This document shows positions 39,899 to 52,247 of a stretch of 64,000 bases of DNA, piece after piece; within the stretch, counting starts at the first letter, position 1, and each line of letters begins with the position of its first letter. The stretch lies in the NCBI GenBank assembly GCA_019278155.1, contig JADMLC010000001.1, forward strand, positions 5,162 to 69,161. The letters run 5' to 3'. This stretch comes from Candidatus Kinetoplastidibacterium crithidiae. GTDB taxonomy: Bacteria > Pseudomonadota > Gammaproteobacteria > Burkholderiales > Burkholderiaceae_B. Below the pieces are notes generated by a model, which had not been told where the DNA came from, did no database searches, and saw only the letters and a program-made list of their open reading frames with translations. The position numbers and the translations under genes were made by a program.

Positions 39899-39985
39899 TC
39901 AATTTTCAAACAAAGACCAACCCGGGCAGTAGTGCCACCAAAGCCAACAGTTAGTATTGATATTTTGTATATGTTTGAAATTCAT
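39899..39985 (-). CDS. trpL: trp operon leader peptide (28 aa, 4 Trp codons)
   Basis: Hand translation gives MNFKHIQNINTNCWLWWHYCPGWSLFEN*. The TGG codons cluster as W-L-W-W plus one more. The ORF lies 19 nt after the gph stop and 27 nt before the terminator stem. I saw no clear Shine-Dalgarno sequence. Confidence 0.7.
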   Translation of the reverse strand: MNFKHIQNINTNCWLWWHYCPGWSLFEN

Positions 39986-40004
39986 AATTTTGCTGTGAGA
40001 ATAT

Positions 40005-40718
40005 TTATAAACTGTGATAATGTAGATTGTTATAAGAATGTATCCATTTAGATGCTTTTGTCAAGTCTTCTATTACATCATTTGCACATAATTCTAAAAT
40101 ATTTTTTTTATTATGATAACCATAAGGCAATACTAAAACTGCTGCTAAATTAGCAGCCCTAGCTGCTATGACATCATTACTAGAGTCTCCTATCATAATT
40201 GATTCTTCTGGTCTGATATTAAGTTGTTTACATGCAAATAATATTTGATCTGGGTCTGGTTTGCAACGTTGGCATGTATCACCACAAATTATGTAAGAGA
40301 ATAAATGAGATAGTTTTAGTTTTTGTAAGATTTGAAGAGTAGGTTTCGTAGGCTTATTTGTTACTATGGATAATGATAGTTTTTCTTTTCTTAGTTTATC
40401 TAAACCTTCTAAAACTCCTTGATATAAAACAGTTTTGTTTCCGTTATAATCACAGTAATATTTAGAAAATAAATCTTTTGCTTTGTTGAAAAGAGATTCT
40501 CTATCTAGAGTATTATTGTTGCTATTTGAGTCATAATCATATAATGATTTTTTGATTAAATTATCAATGCCTTTTCCTATAAACCCTTTGATTATATGTT
40601 CAGGCAAACTTATTAAGTCAAAATCTCTTCTCATATGATTAATAGAATCAGTTATATCTAATAATGAGTCTATTAATGTTCCATCCAGATCTAGTAAAAC
40701 TGATGAAATTTTATTCAT
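40005..40718 (-). CDS. gph: phosphoglycolate phosphatase (HAD superfamily)
   Basis: 237 aa. HAD motif I LLDLDGTLIDS, motif II VTNK and motif IV GDSSNDV. The rpe-gph pairing is conserved. Confidence 0.8.
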   Translation of the reverse strand: MNKISSVLLDLDGTLIDSLLDITDSINHMRRDFDLISLPEHIIKGFIGKGIDNLIKKSLYDYDSNSNNNTLDRESLFNKAKDLFSKYYCDYNGNKTVLYQGVLEGLDKLRKEKLSLSIVTNKPTKPTLQILQKLKLSHLFSYIICGDTCQRCKPDPDQILFACKQLNIRPEESIMIGDSSNDVIAARAANLAAVLVLPYGYHNKKNILELCANDVIEDLTKASKWIHSYNNLHYHSL

Positions 40719-41427
40719 GATTTAGTTGTAAAGCATCAGATTTTTGAATTTCCACTCTCATGGCATTAATAGTTTCTTTGTAATTATCGGATTCGAATAT
40801 TGCAGATCCTGATACAAAAGAATTTGCTCCTGCAGAACGAATTTTTGCTATATTATCAATATTAATTCCACCATCAACTTGCAGCATAATAGGATTATTC
40901 CCACTTTTTAAGGACCATTCATTTATTTTTTTGCGAACATCTTTAATTTTTTTGATAGACATTGGCAGAAACTTTTGTCCACCAAACCCAGGGTTTACAG
41001 ACATAACGAGTATCAAGTCAATTTTATCCATTATATAATCCAAGATCTGCAAATTACTGGCAGGATTAAGAGCCAGTCCTACTTTACAGTTACAGTCTTT
41101 AATTAGAGATAAAGTTCTGTCTAGGTGTTTTGATGTTTCTGGATGTATTGTAATAATGTTGGCACCTGATTTAGAAAATTCTGGAATAAGTAAATCAACA
41201 TTTTCTACCATAAGATGAACATCGAGTGGTATAGTCGCAATTTTTTTTATTGCCTTACAAACCATTGGCCCAATTGTTAGATTAGGTACATAATGATTGT
41301 CCATAACATCTATATGTATCCAGTCTGCTCCAGCATTTGTAACTTGTTGTATTTCTTCACCTAGTTTTGAAAAATCAGCTGATAATATGCTGGGTGTTAT
41401 CAAAGTAGATAGATTATTTGTGTTCAT
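40711..41427 (-). CDS. rpe: ribulose-phosphate 3-epimerase
   Basis: 238 aa. PSILSADF, HIDVMD..YVPN and VMSVNPGFGGQ motifs. Confidence 0.95.
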   Translation of the reverse strand: MNTNNLSTLITPSILSADFSKLGEEIQQVTNAGADWIHIDVMDNHYVPNLTIGPMVCKAIKKIATIPLDVHLMVENVDLLIPEFSKSGANIITIHPETSKHLDRTLSLIKDCNCKVGLALNPASNLQILDYIMDKIDLILVMSVNPGFGGQKFLPMSIKKIKDVRKKINEWSLKSGNNPIMLQVDGGINIDNIAKIRSAGANSFVSGSAIFESDNYKETINAMRVEIQKSDALQLNHE

Positions 41428-41561
41428 TTAAGTCTCAAGATTATTATTTATGATTATCTTATATATGTTATGTAGCAATTAGACAATATCTATAAACTTA
41501 GATAGTATAAATTAATTATTATGTAATTGATTATGTATTTTTTAATTTTTTGAGTCTTTAT

Positions 41562-42788
41562 ATGATACATAGCAAAAATTATCAAATTTTTATAGTTATA
41601 ATATTTTTTGTGATTTTTGGAAGCAATGCGCTTGCAAAAGAAGAATTAAGTCTAAGTAGTGATAGATATAATGAAGTATCAGCTAGTTTTACATCTGTAT
41701 CTTGGAATCAATTACCAAATTGGTTTGATGATGATTTTATGACTGTTTGGAATGTTTTTTTAAAAAACTGCAGATGTATTATCAAAAATAAAGATGCAAA
41801 AGGAATTCATAGGATTGTATCCGCAGAAGTATGGGGTCCAGTATGTAATGCAGCTTTTGACTTTGAGAATTCTTCTGAAAATAAAGACAATAAATCTATT
41901 AGAATATTTTTCCAGAAACACTTAGATCCATGGGCTTTTACTGCTAATAATAAAATGGTTGATTGTAAAATGACAGGTTATTGTGAACCTTGCGTCAAAG
42001 GATCTCGCCATAGAATTGATAATTATCAATGGCCAATATTTGGTGTTCCGGATGACTTAGTAACTGTTGATTTAGGGTTATTTGATCCAGATTTAAAAGG
42101 CATGGTTATTAGAGGTAAATTATCAGGAGCTAGATTTCTTCCTTATGATTCTAGGGAGCAATTAGAAAATAGAATTGGAGAATTACCAGTAATAGCTTGG
42201 TTAGATAATGCTTTTGACAGTGTTTTCCTTGGAATTCAAGGTTCGGGAAGAGTTTTTTTGCAGGAAGGTTCAGATAATGGAAAATTTATCAAAGTTGGTT
42301 ATGCATCCAGCAATGGATGTCCATTTGTGTCAATTGGCAAGTGGTTGTCAAAGAATGAAGGAATTAATCCATCATATAAGAATGTTAAGAACTGGATGGC
42401 AGAAAATCCAACGAAAATAAAAGATGTGATTAACAAGAATCCAAGGGTAGTATTTTTTCGTGAGGTTAATGATTCAAGTATTGCTGTTGGCCCTATTGGA
42501 TCCTATGGTATAGAGCTTACTCCAAGGAGATCGATTGCAGTAGATAGTAATTTCATACCTTTAGGAACACCGATATTTTTTTCAACTAAGGATTCATCAA
42601 ATGCTAATAATTTTTTATATGGTACAGTGTTTGCTCAAGACACAGGATCTCTTATTAAAGGTATAGCTAGGGCTGATTTTTTCTGGGGGTCAGGAGCTGA
42701 TGCTATCGAGAACGCTAATACTACAGATTATTCTTATAAAATGTGGATTTTATGGCCCAAGAAAAAATGGTCTTTATTTTTTAATTAG
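41562..42788 (+). CDS. mltA: membrane-bound lytic murein transglycosylase A
   Basis: The track ORF starts at TTG 41550. ATG 41562 gives MIHSKNYQIFIVIIFFVIFGSNALA, a plausible signal peptide. The sequence is MltA-like, with 3D-domain motifs (FAQDTGSLIKG..RADFFWG). Confidence 0.85.
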   Translation: MIHSKNYQIFIVIIFFVIFGSNALAKEELSLSSDRYNEVSASFTSVSWNQLPNWFDDDFMTVWNVFLKNCRCIIKNKDAKGIHRIVSAEVWGPVCNAAFDFENSSENKDNKSIRIFFQKHLDPWAFTANNKMVDCKMTGYCEPCVKGSRHRIDNYQWPIFGVPDDLVTVDLGLFDPDLKGMVIRGKLSGARFLPYDSREQLENRIGELPVIAWLDNAFDSVFLGIQGSGRVFLQEGSDNGKFIKVGYASSNGCPFVSIGKWLSKNEGINPSYKNVKNWMAENPTKIKDVINKNPRVVFFREVNDSSIAVGPIGSYGIELTPRRSIAVDSNFIPLGTPIFFSTKDSSNANNFLYGTVFAQDTGSLIKGIARADFFWGSGADAIENANTTDYSYKMWILWPKKKWSLFFN

Positions 42789-42814
42789 TATATACGTTTC
42801 AAATCATCCATGTT

Positions 42815-43168
42815 TTAAGGATAAGATATTTCTACGCCTATAGAACAATCTTGAAAAGCCATTGGTTTTTCAATTTTAATATTAAATGATTTTATTTCTG
42901 GGAATTCTTCGATTATTCGATTTTTGATTCTATCTAAAAGAGTCTCTACTAATTTGATGTGTTGGCTAGTTGTTTCTTGTACTATGACCTCTCTTAGATC
43001 TCTATAATCCAAAACAGATTTGATGTTGTTATCATCCAATATATCTTTATGTTTTATATTAAATTTGGCATTTATTACTATGGTTTGTTTCCTATTAATT
43101 TCATGCTCTAATATTCCTATATTGGTTTCTATAGTTAAATTGGATATGATGATATTTCTATACGCCAT
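42815..43168 (-). CDS. folB: dihydroneopterin aldolase
   Basis: 117 aa. FolB-like (IGILEHEINRKQTIVIN...DY) and typical length. Confidence 0.75.
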   Translation of the reverse strand: MAYRNIIISNLTIETNIGILEHEINRKQTIVINAKFNIKHKDILDDNNIKSVLDYRDLREVIVQETTSQHIKLVETLLDRIKNRIIEEFPEIKSFNIKIEKPMAFQDCSIGVEISYP

Positions 43169-44966
43169 TTGTGAGTTTTCCTGTGTTTCTTATTCTATAA
43201 ATATTATCTGCATTTGCTAATCTGACTGTCACAGATATTAATTTATTGAGGTGAAATAAATGAATTAATATTTTGTCCCCTATTTTATTTAATTTAACTA
43301 TATCCAGAAGATCTTGAGTAGAATCTAATTTTAGATTGTTAATTGCTATTAAAATATCTCCACAAGATATTCCAGCATTATATGCTGGCCCATTATCTAT
43401 AACATTCTTTACTATAATTTTACCCTCTTTATCAAAGGTATTTATTTGTAGTGAAGGTTGTAATTTATTTATGCATTCTAATTTTAATCCATAGTAATTT
43501 AACCATTGATCGATTGGTATATCGTCCGTATCTTTAACATATTTATTAATAATATAACTAATGTCTACTCCAGTGGATTTTTTGGTGTCTTTCACAATAT
43601 CATCATCAGATAGCCCTGTTTGTTTAGAAATATAAAAATCTTTGCCATATTTTTGCCATAAATATCTCATAAGGTCGTCTAAAGAATATTTGTTTTCTGA
43701 TTGCTTCCGAATTTCAGTATCTATTCCAAATGCTATCAAGGCTCCTTTTTCATAATAGCTGACAGTTGAATTTATAGAGTTTTCATTTTGTTTATAAAAT
43801 TTAATCCATGCATCAAAAGAACTTTCTTCTAAGGTCTGTTTATATTTTCCTGGGTAATTTATCGTTCTATTAATTTTTTCTGATAATCTATCTAAGTAAT
43901 AATTTTTGTTTATTAGTTTGCATCTTAATAGAAATATATCTTCGTAATAAGAAGTAAAACCTTCAAATATCCATAATAAATTTGTTAGTGTTGGTTTTTT
44001 TAGGTCATATTTTATAAAAGAGGCTGGTTTGATTCTCTTCACAAGCCAGGAGTGGAAATATTCATGGCTTATTAGGCTTAAGAATTCACTATATTCTTTT
44101 GGTTGCTTTGTAATATTTTTTGTAGGTAAAAATTTTCGTTTTGTGCTAATAACAGTGGAGGACCTATGTTCAATTCCTCCAAAATGTTTATCGCTTATGT
44201 TTATTATAAAAATGAAAACATTTCCATTATCTATGAATGGAGGTATCTTAGTATCGGGATCGAAGAAAGAAATTTGTTCGTTACAAATCTTTTTTATATC
44301 TGTAGATATTTTCTTTGTATCTATTTTTGATGAAAGACCAGAGAAAACTAGTTTATGAGCTGTTCCAAAGGAAAGAAATTCACAAGTGGTTGGAGTTCCA
44401 ATTTCTACAGGGGAGTCAATTAAAGCATCATAAGAATTTGCGATATAGGTATTATTTTCATTTTCATGAGTTTGTGATTTGATGCCATTGATTTTTGGTA
44501 AACTTGTGTATATTTGCCATTGCTTTTCTTTGCCTTGGTTTCCTAAGTTAATATTTACTATACAAGGTAGGTGTTCCAAATTCTCTACGCATAAAAATAC
44601 ACTGGTTCCATTAAAAAAAGCTCTATCTATGTCAAGATAAGCTCCTCTTACAGAATCATCATAAGCATACACTATATATTCTATTTGAAGAGAGTCTTGA
44701 CATTCTTTTATTACCCAAGTGCTGGTATCTAATTTATTTATCTCAATAGGTTTTTTATGAGAATAGGCCTTAATTTGTTCTATATTACTAGAAAAATCTC
44801 TTATAATATAACTTCCTGGTATCCATGTCGGGATATATACGATTTGTTCATTACTTGTATTGTTTATGTTTATTGTAACTTTGTACCTATGCCCATATAA
44901 GTCAAAAATTTCTATGTTGTATAATACAAAATTATCTGGTAATTTTTTATCTTTAATTATTAACAT
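43158..44966 (-). CDS. M61-family glycyl aminopeptidase with C-terminal PDZ domain
   Basis: 602 aa. Zinc motif HEYFHSW, followed by EGFTSYYE and a C-terminal PDZ-like segment (GPAYNAGISCGDILIAIN). Confidence 0.8.
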   Translation of the reverse strand: MLIIKDKKLPDNFVLYNIEIFDLYGHRYKVTININNTSNEQIVYIPTWIPGSYIIRDFSSNIEQIKAYSHKKPIEINKLDTSTWVIKECQDSLQIEYIVYAYDDSVRGAYLDIDRAFFNGTSVFLCVENLEHLPCIVNINLGNQGKEKQWQIYTSLPKINGIKSQTHENENNTYIANSYDALIDSPVEIGTPTTCEFLSFGTAHKLVFSGLSSKIDTKKISTDIKKICNEQISFFDPDTKIPPFIDNGNVFIFIINISDKHFGGIEHRSSTVISTKRKFLPTKNITKQPKEYSEFLSLISHEYFHSWLVKRIKPASFIKYDLKKPTLTNLLWIFEGFTSYYEDIFLLRCKLINKNYYLDRLSEKINRTINYPGKYKQTLEESSFDAWIKFYKQNENSINSTVSYYEKGALIAFGIDTEIRKQSENKYSLDDLMRYLWQKYGKDFYISKQTGLSDDDIVKDTKKSTGVDISYIINKYVKDTDDIPIDQWLNYYGLKLECINKLQPSLQINTFDKEGKIIVKNVIDNGPAYNAGISCGDILIAINNLKLDSTQDLLDIVKLNKIGDKILIHLFHLNKLISVTVRLANADNIYRIRNTGKLTNGV

Positions 44967-45073
44967 ATTTAATTTAGTTTTTTATTTGTTATATACTTTC
45001 ATAAATAATTTATTCAAAATTTATTAAGTGGAATATTTTTGTTCAAAAAGATTATAATTAGGTTGTTTGTGAA

Positions 45074-45451
45074 ATGAAGTGTATAGAAAAATCTTCTTTT
45101 CAAGAAGTAGTTTTGTTCCAGTTATTTTTTGCATTTTTTATTGCTGCATGTTTTTGTTTTAAAAGTACTAGTCTTGGTTTTTCATCCTTGCTTGGTGGAT
45201 TGAGTTACTCTATACCAAGTTTATTTTTTATGTTTTATTGTAACATTGCCAATAGTTTTTTTTATGTTTATTCTGATTATTTGTTTTTGCTTGGTCTTTT
45301 TTTTAAGATGTTTTTTTCTGTTTTTTTAGTATGTATGTTTTCATATCTATTTTGTGATTGTTTAGTATGGTATGCTTACATTTTTAGTTTGTGGTGTGTT
45401 TCTAAAAGTTTTTTAGTGCAGATATTTTGTAAGTATTTGTATAGTTATTAA
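45074..45451 (+). CDS. atpI: ATP synthase protein I-like small membrane protein
   Basis: 125-aa, very hydrophobic ORF immediately upstream of atpB in the position normally held by atpI. The call rests on position only, with no strong motif. Confidence 0.5.
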   Translation: MKCIEKSSFQEVVLFQLFFAFFIAACFCFKSTSLGFSSLLGGLSYSIPSLFFMFYCNIANSFFYVYSDYLFLLGLFFKMFFSVFLVCMFSYLFCDCLVWYAYIFSLWCVSKSFLVQIFCKYLYSY

Positions 45452-45506
45452 TTTATTTTATCTTTTTAATAAGATTGATTATTTATAGAAATAATAAGGT
45501 TAGAAT

Positions 45507-46388
45507 ATGCTATCTGAAGGTGATATATCTCCACAATCTTTATATATTCAACATCATTTAGTGCATATGAATAGTATTGGAGAGCCACAGGGTTCTATAG
45601 TACAGTTTAATGTAATTAATTTTGATTCATTGTTCTGGTCTATTTTTATGGGCTTGTTGGTTGTTGGTCTACTATTGTTGGTTGCAAAAAGAGCAACTTC
45701 TGGTGTTCCAGGTAGATTTCAAGCTTTTGTGGAAATTATTTTAGATATGGTTGATCAACAAGCAGTTGCCATTTTGCCAGATGAAAGAAGTAGGGCTTTT
45801 GTATCTCCATTGGCAATGACTGTATTTCTTTGGGTTTTAATTATGAACTCTTTAGATTTTTTGCCTGTTGATTTAATGTCAAAAATTTTTAACATGTTGG
45901 GTCTTGGTGTAAATGATGGTGATTTATTTTACTATCATAGAATACTACCTACGGCAGATATAAATATTCCCATAGGGATGTCGATGGGTGTTCTTTTACT
46001 TGTCATATATTATAGTATTAGGTCAAAGAGTTTGAGTGGTTTTATTAAAGGTATGTTTACGTCGCCATTTCATTCAAATGGTTTGGGTTTATTGCTTTTA
46101 GCTCCAGCAAATTTTGCATTAAATGTGATTGAATATCTTGCAAAGACAGTTTCTCTTGGAATGAGATTGTTCGGTAATATGTTCGCTGGAGAATTAATAT
46201 TTATGTTAATAGCTTTGTTAGGTGGTTCTTGGACGGGTTTAAATTTTATGAGTTGCTCTTTAGGTTTTGCTCATATATTAGCAGGTTCCTTATGGGCTAT
46301 TTTTCACGTACTTATAGTTGTTCTGCAGGCCTTTATTTTTATGATGTTAACGCTTGTTTATATAGGTCAAGCGTATGAAAGTCATTAG
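45507..46388 (+). CDS. atpB: F0F1 ATP synthase subunit a
   Basis: 293 aa. Essential Arg region [13 protein letters not shown]. Confidence 0.95.
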   Translation: MLSEGDISPQSLYIQHHLVHMNSIGEPQGSIVQFNVINFDSLFWSIFMGLLVVGLLLLVAKRATSGVPGRFQAFVEIILDMVDQQAVAILPDERSRAFVSPLAMTVFLWVLIMNSLDFLPVDLMSKIFNMLGLGVNDGDLFYYHRILPTADINIPIGMSMGVLLLVIYYSIRSKSLSGFIKGMFTSPFHSNGLGLLLLAPANFALNVIEYLAKTVSLGMRLFGNMFAGELIFMLIALLGGSWTGLNFMSCSLGFAHILAGSLWAIFHVLIVVLQAFIFMMLTLVYIGQAYESH

Positions 46389-46445
46389 TTATGGTTTTGT
46401 TAAGTCATTTTTATTTTTTATGAGTTTAATTTTTTTGTATATTAA

Positions 46446-46697
<252 letters not shown>

Positions 46698-46772
46698 TAT
46701 TTCATTAAAAATTTTACATTGCTATTGTTTTTAGCTAGCTATTTTGTATATTGTTTTTGGAGATGAGATAAC

Positions 46773-47243
46773 GTGAATTTAAATGCGACGATTTTTTTCC
46801 AAATGGTTGTATTTTTTATTTTTGGTTGGGTGACAATGCGTTTTGTTTGGCCTCATCTTATTAGTGCTGTTGATGAACGTCGTCAAAAGATAGCAGATGG
46901 ATTATTGGCTGCTGAGAAAGGTGTTAATAGTCTTTCTGAAATTAATGAGAAGGTTAAACAAATGTCTGATGAAGCAAAAAAAGAGGCTCAATATCGTATT
47001 TCTAGTGCTGAAAAACAGGTGGCTAGAATATTGGAGCAAGCCCGTAATGATGCTGAGTTGGAAAGAGCTAGGATTTTGTCTCAGGCACAAAATGATGTTG
47101 AAACTGTTTTGTGTCATGCTAAAGATGAATTAAGGAAGGATATTGCTCTTCTTTCTGTGAAAGGTGTTGAGCAAATTCTGATGCGAGAAGTTAATATTGC
47201 AGAGCACAAAGAAATATTAGATAAACTTGAGGCTCAGCTTTAA
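46773..47243 (+). CDS. atpF: F0F1 ATP synthase subunit b
   Basis: 156 aa. GTG start, an N-terminal TM helix and a long charged coiled coil. Confidence 0.9.
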   Translation: MNLNATIFFQMVVFFIFGWVTMRFVWPHLISAVDERRQKIADGLLAAEKGVNSLSEINEKVKQMSDEAKKEAQYRISSAEKQVARILEQARNDAELERARILSQAQNDVETVLCHAKDELRKDIALLSVKGVEQILMREVNIAEHKEILDKLEAQL

Positions 47244-47257
47244 ATTTTAGGTTTTTT

Positions 47258-47797
47258 ATGACAGATTTTTCAACAACAGCAAAATCTTATGCTGAAGCAC
47301 TTTTTGTCATAGCGCAAAAAGACAATTCGTTAGAAGATTGGGTTAGTTTTCTTGAAGATATTTCTTTATTAATGTCTAATGATTGTTTTTTTCGATTTAT
47401 AGATCATCCTGGTTTTGAAAAATCTATAAAACTTGATTTGTTTTTGGAGCTATTGTCACTAGAAAAAACAACTAAAAAAAGTGCTTTTATTAAATTGCTT
47501 TTAGAAAGTAAAAGATTTGTTATTGTTTCCCAGATTCTATTCTTTTTGAAAGAACTAAAAGATAAACATGAAGGTGTAGCATTAGCAAAAATTTTTACTG
47601 CTTTTCAAGTTTCTGATGAGCAAGTTAACAATATGATTTCAATTTTTGAATCAAAGTTTAATTTAAAGTTAAGACCCCAGATTTTAATAGATAAATCTTT
47701 GATAGGTGGCGTGAAAGTTGTTGTTGGGGACAGGATTTTAGATGCGTCTATAAAGAATAAGATAGATGAGCTAAAAAATACACTTTTAGCTATGTAA
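47258..47797 (+). CDS. atpH: F0F1 ATP synthase subunit delta
   Basis: 179 aa. OSCP/delta-like sequence (..YAEALF..; LIGG.K...GD...D.S) and operon position. Confidence 0.85.
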   Translation: MTDFSTTAKSYAEALFVIAQKDNSLEDWVSFLEDISLLMSNDCFFRFIDHPGFEKSIKLDLFLELLSLEKTTKKSAFIKLLLESKRFVIVSQILFFLKELKDKHEGVALAKIFTAFQVSDEQVNNMISIFESKFNLKLRPQILIDKSLIGGVKVVVGDRILDASIKNKIDELKNTLLAM

Positions 47798-47827
47798 AAT
47801 AAATATTGATATATTCCAGGAGTTATT

Positions 47828-49369
47828 ATGCAGCTCAACCCCTCAGAAATTAGTGAGTTTATTAAAAACAGAATAGAGGGTATGGATGCTTCCATCAGCA
47901 TCCGCACAATTGGTACAGTAGTTTCCGTAACAGACGGTATCGCACGTATTTATGGGCTATCTGATGTTATGCAAGGTGAAATGATTGAATTTTCTAATAA
48001 CATAGTTGGGTTAGCTCTTAATCTTGAAAGTGATTCTGTTGGCGCCGTAATTCTTGGTGATTATACTAAAATATCTGAAGGTGATCAGGTTAGAACTACA
48101 GGCCGTATTCTAGAAGTTCCAGTTGGTCCTGAACTTAAAGGAAGAGTAGTTAATGCATTAGGTGAGCCAATTGATGGCAAAGGACCTATAAATGCATCCG
48201 AGACAGATGTTATAGAAAAAGTAGCTCCTGGTGTTATTGATAGATATACTGTTTCTCAACCTATGCAAACAGGTATTAAGTCTATAGATTCTATGGTTCC
48301 AATAGGTAGGGGGCAGCGCGAACTTATTATTGGTGATAGACAAACAGGCAAAACAAGCGTTGCGATTGATGCAATTATAAATCAAAAAGATAAGAATGTT
48401 ACCTGTATTTATGTGGCAATTGGTCAGAAGGCATCTTCTATTAATAATGTTGTCCGAAAACTTGAGGAATATGGGGCATTAGAATATACAATTATAGTTG
48501 TTGCAACAGCGTCTGATTCGGCTGCTATGCAGTATATAGCTCCTTATGCAGGATGTACTATGGGAGAATATTTCAGAGACAGAGGCGAAGATGCTTTAAT
48601 AGTTTATGATGATTTGACTAAACAAGCATGGGCTTATAGACAGATATCTCTTCTTCTAAGAAGACCTCCTGGTAGAGAGGCATATCCTGGTGATGTTTTT
48701 TATTTGCATTCTAGATTGCTAGAAAGGGCTTCTAGAGTTAGGTCTGAGTATGTAGAAAAATTTACTAATGGTGTTGTAAAAGGTAAAACAGGTTCGTTGA
48801 CAGCATTACCTATAATTGAAACTCAGGCTGGTGATGTATCTGCTTTTGTCCCAACTAATGTTATTTCTATTACTGATGGCCAGATCTTTTTAGAAACTGA
48901 TTTGTTTAATTCTGGTGTAAGACCGGCTATCAATGCTGGTATATCAGTATCTAGGGTTGGTGGAGCAGCACAAACTAAGGTAATTAAAAAATTATCAGGT
49001 GGTATCAGAACCGATCTAGCACAGTATAGAGAACTGGCCGCATTTTCTCAGTTTTCTTCTGACCTTGACGAGGCTACTCGTAGGCAATTAGAAAGAGGGA
49101 AAAGAGTTGTAGAAATATTGAAACAACAACAATATCAACCTTTTTCCGTATGGGAACAATCCGTTTCGCTATTTTGTGTTACTAAAGGTTTTCTAGATGA
49201 TGTAGATGTGAATAGAATTCTAGTTTTTGAAAAATTATTGAAAGACTTTCTAAAAACTAATTTTGCTGATCTTATTAATCAAATAGAAAAATCTAGCGAT
49301 TTGTCTAAGAATGATGAAGATGTTTTGACTGAGGCTGTTAAAGAGTTCAAGCAAAATATTGTTTTTTAG
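47828..49369 (+). CDS. atpA: F0F1 ATP synthase subunit alpha
   Basis: 513 aa. Walker A GDRQTGKT. Confidence 0.97.
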   Translation: MQLNPSEISEFIKNRIEGMDASISIRTIGTVVSVTDGIARIYGLSDVMQGEMIEFSNNIVGLALNLESDSVGAVILGDYTKISEGDQVRTTGRILEVPVGPELKGRVVNALGEPIDGKGPINASETDVIEKVAPGVIDRYTVSQPMQTGIKSIDSMVPIGRGQRELIIGDRQTGKTSVAIDAIINQKDKNVTCIYVAIGQKASSINNVVRKLEEYGALEYTIIVVATASDSAAMQYIAPYAGCTMGEYFRDRGEDALIVYDDLTKQAWAYRQISLLLRRPPGREAYPGDVFYLHSRLLERASRVRSEYVEKFTNGVVKGKTGSLTALPIIETQAGDVSAFVPTNVISITDGQIFLETDLFNSGVRPAINAGISVSRVGGAAQTKVIKKLSGGIRTDLAQYRELAAFSQFSSDLDEATRRQLERGKRVVEILKQQQYQPFSVWEQSVSLFCVTKGFLDDVDVNRILVFEKLLKDFLKTNFADLINQIEKSSDLSKNDEDVLTEAVKEFKQNIVF

Positions 49370-49422
49370 CTATAAGAATTTTTTCTTGTAATTTAATTTA
49401 TATTTTAGATTGGAAGTTTTTA

Positions 49423-50316
49423 ATGCCTGGAATTAAGGAAATTCGCACTAAGATTAAAAGTGTGCAAAATACTCGTAAGATTACTAGAGCTATGGAAATG
49501 GTGGCTGCATCTAAGATGAGGAAAGCTCAAGATAGAATGCTTGTATTCAGGCCGTATGCTGGTAAGTTATGTAGAATTGCTGCTCATTTGATGCAGGCTA
49601 ACCCAGAGTACTCTCATCCATTTTTGTTGGAGAGAGATGTTTGCTCTGCTGGTTTAATTTTGATTTCTACTGATAAAGGTTTATGCGGTGGTTTAAATAC
49701 GAATATAGGCCGTTTAGTTTTGTCCAAGATTAAAGAATTTAATCAGAAAAATATTGATGTATATGCTACTGCATTTGGTCAGAAAGGTCTTAATTTGTTG
49801 ACCCGTATTGGTATTAACCTTTTATCTCAAGAGGTACAGCTTGGAGATACGCCTGATTTAAATAGGTTGTTAGGAGCTATTAAAGTACAAATTAGTGCTT
49901 ATATGGAAGGTAAGATTGATGCGCTGTATATAGCAACTACTAAGTTTGTAAATACTATGAGACAAGTTCCTGTGTTTCTGAAATTATTGCCACTAACTAA
50001 TGATTTAAAAGATCCATACGAGTTAGATTCATCATTACATAATGATAATAGTATTTATAGTTGGGATTATATTTATGAGCCAGATATAAAGACTGTAATA
50101 GATGAGCTTTTAAATCGATATGTAGAAGGATTGATTTATAGAGCTGTTGTGGAAAATATGGCATCTGAACAATCTGCTAGAATGGTAGCAATGAAAGCTG
50201 CTTCTGATAATGGTAAAAGAGTCATAGACGACTTACAGACTATTTATAATAAAACAAGACAAGCAGCTATTACTAAAGAGATATCCGAAATTGTCGGTGG
50301 TGCGGCTGCTGTCTAA
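49423..50316 (+). CDS. atpG: F0F1 ATP synthase subunit gamma
   Basis: 297 aa. N-terminal [25 protein letters not shown] and C-terminal [14 protein letters not shown]. Confidence 0.95.
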   Translation: MPGIKEIRTKIKSVQNTRKITRAMEMVAASKMRKAQDRMLVFRPYAGKLCRIAAHLMQANPEYSHPFLLERDVCSAGLILISTDKGLCGGLNTNIGRLVLSKIKEFNQKNIDVYATAFGQKGLNLLTRIGINLLSQEVQLGDTPDLNRLLGAIKVQISAYMEGKIDALYIATTKFVNTMRQVPVFLKLLPLTNDLKDPYELDSSLHNDNSIYSWDYIYEPDIKTVIDELLNRYVEGLIYRAVVENMASEQSARMVAMKAASDNGKRVIDDLQTIYNKTRQAAITKEISEIVGGAAAV

Positions 50317-50337
50317 TGGATAAATGTTAAAAATTAA

Positions 50338-51762
<1,425 letters not shown>

Positions 51763-51777
51763 TTACGAGTTCATATT

Positions 51778-52209
51778 ATGGCTAAATTGATGTATGTTGA
51801 TATAGTTAGCGCTACAGAATCAATGTATGCAGGTCAGGCTAGTTTTGTTCTTTTGCCTGCTGATTCTGGTTCTATAGGAATATTGCCTGGTCATACACCC
51901 CTAATTTCATTAGTTCGTCCAGGGGTCATTAAGGTGGTTGATGAACAAGGTAAAGATCATAATATATTTGTTGCTGGAGGCATATTAGAAATTCAACCTA
52001 ATGAAGTTACTGTATTAACTGATACAGCTATTAGGGCAAGTAATTTAGATGAAGCAAGAGCTACAGAAGCAAGAAGAAGAGCAGAAGAAACTTTACGCAA
52101 TGCTAAAAATAAATCAGATATTGCAGTTGTTGAGGCAGAGTTGAATGTTTTGATTGCGCAAACTCGTGCTGCTCGAATATATGGTAACAGTAGCTCTAAC
52201 AAATATTAG
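51778..52209 (+). CDS. atpC: F0F1 ATP synthase subunit epsilon
   Basis: 143 aa. The beta-sandwich plus helical hairpin layout is typical of epsilon, and this is the last gene of the operon. Confidence 0.9.
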   Translation: MAKLMYVDIVSATESMYAGQASFVLLPADSGSIGILPGHTPLISLVRPGVIKVVDEQGKDHNIFVAGGILEIQPNEVTVLTDTAIRASNLDEARATEARRRAEETLRNAKNKSDIAVVEAELNVLIAQTRAARIYGNSSSNKY

Positions 52210-52247
52210 TTATATAATTTGTTGATAATTTTCTATTAAGGTATTAG

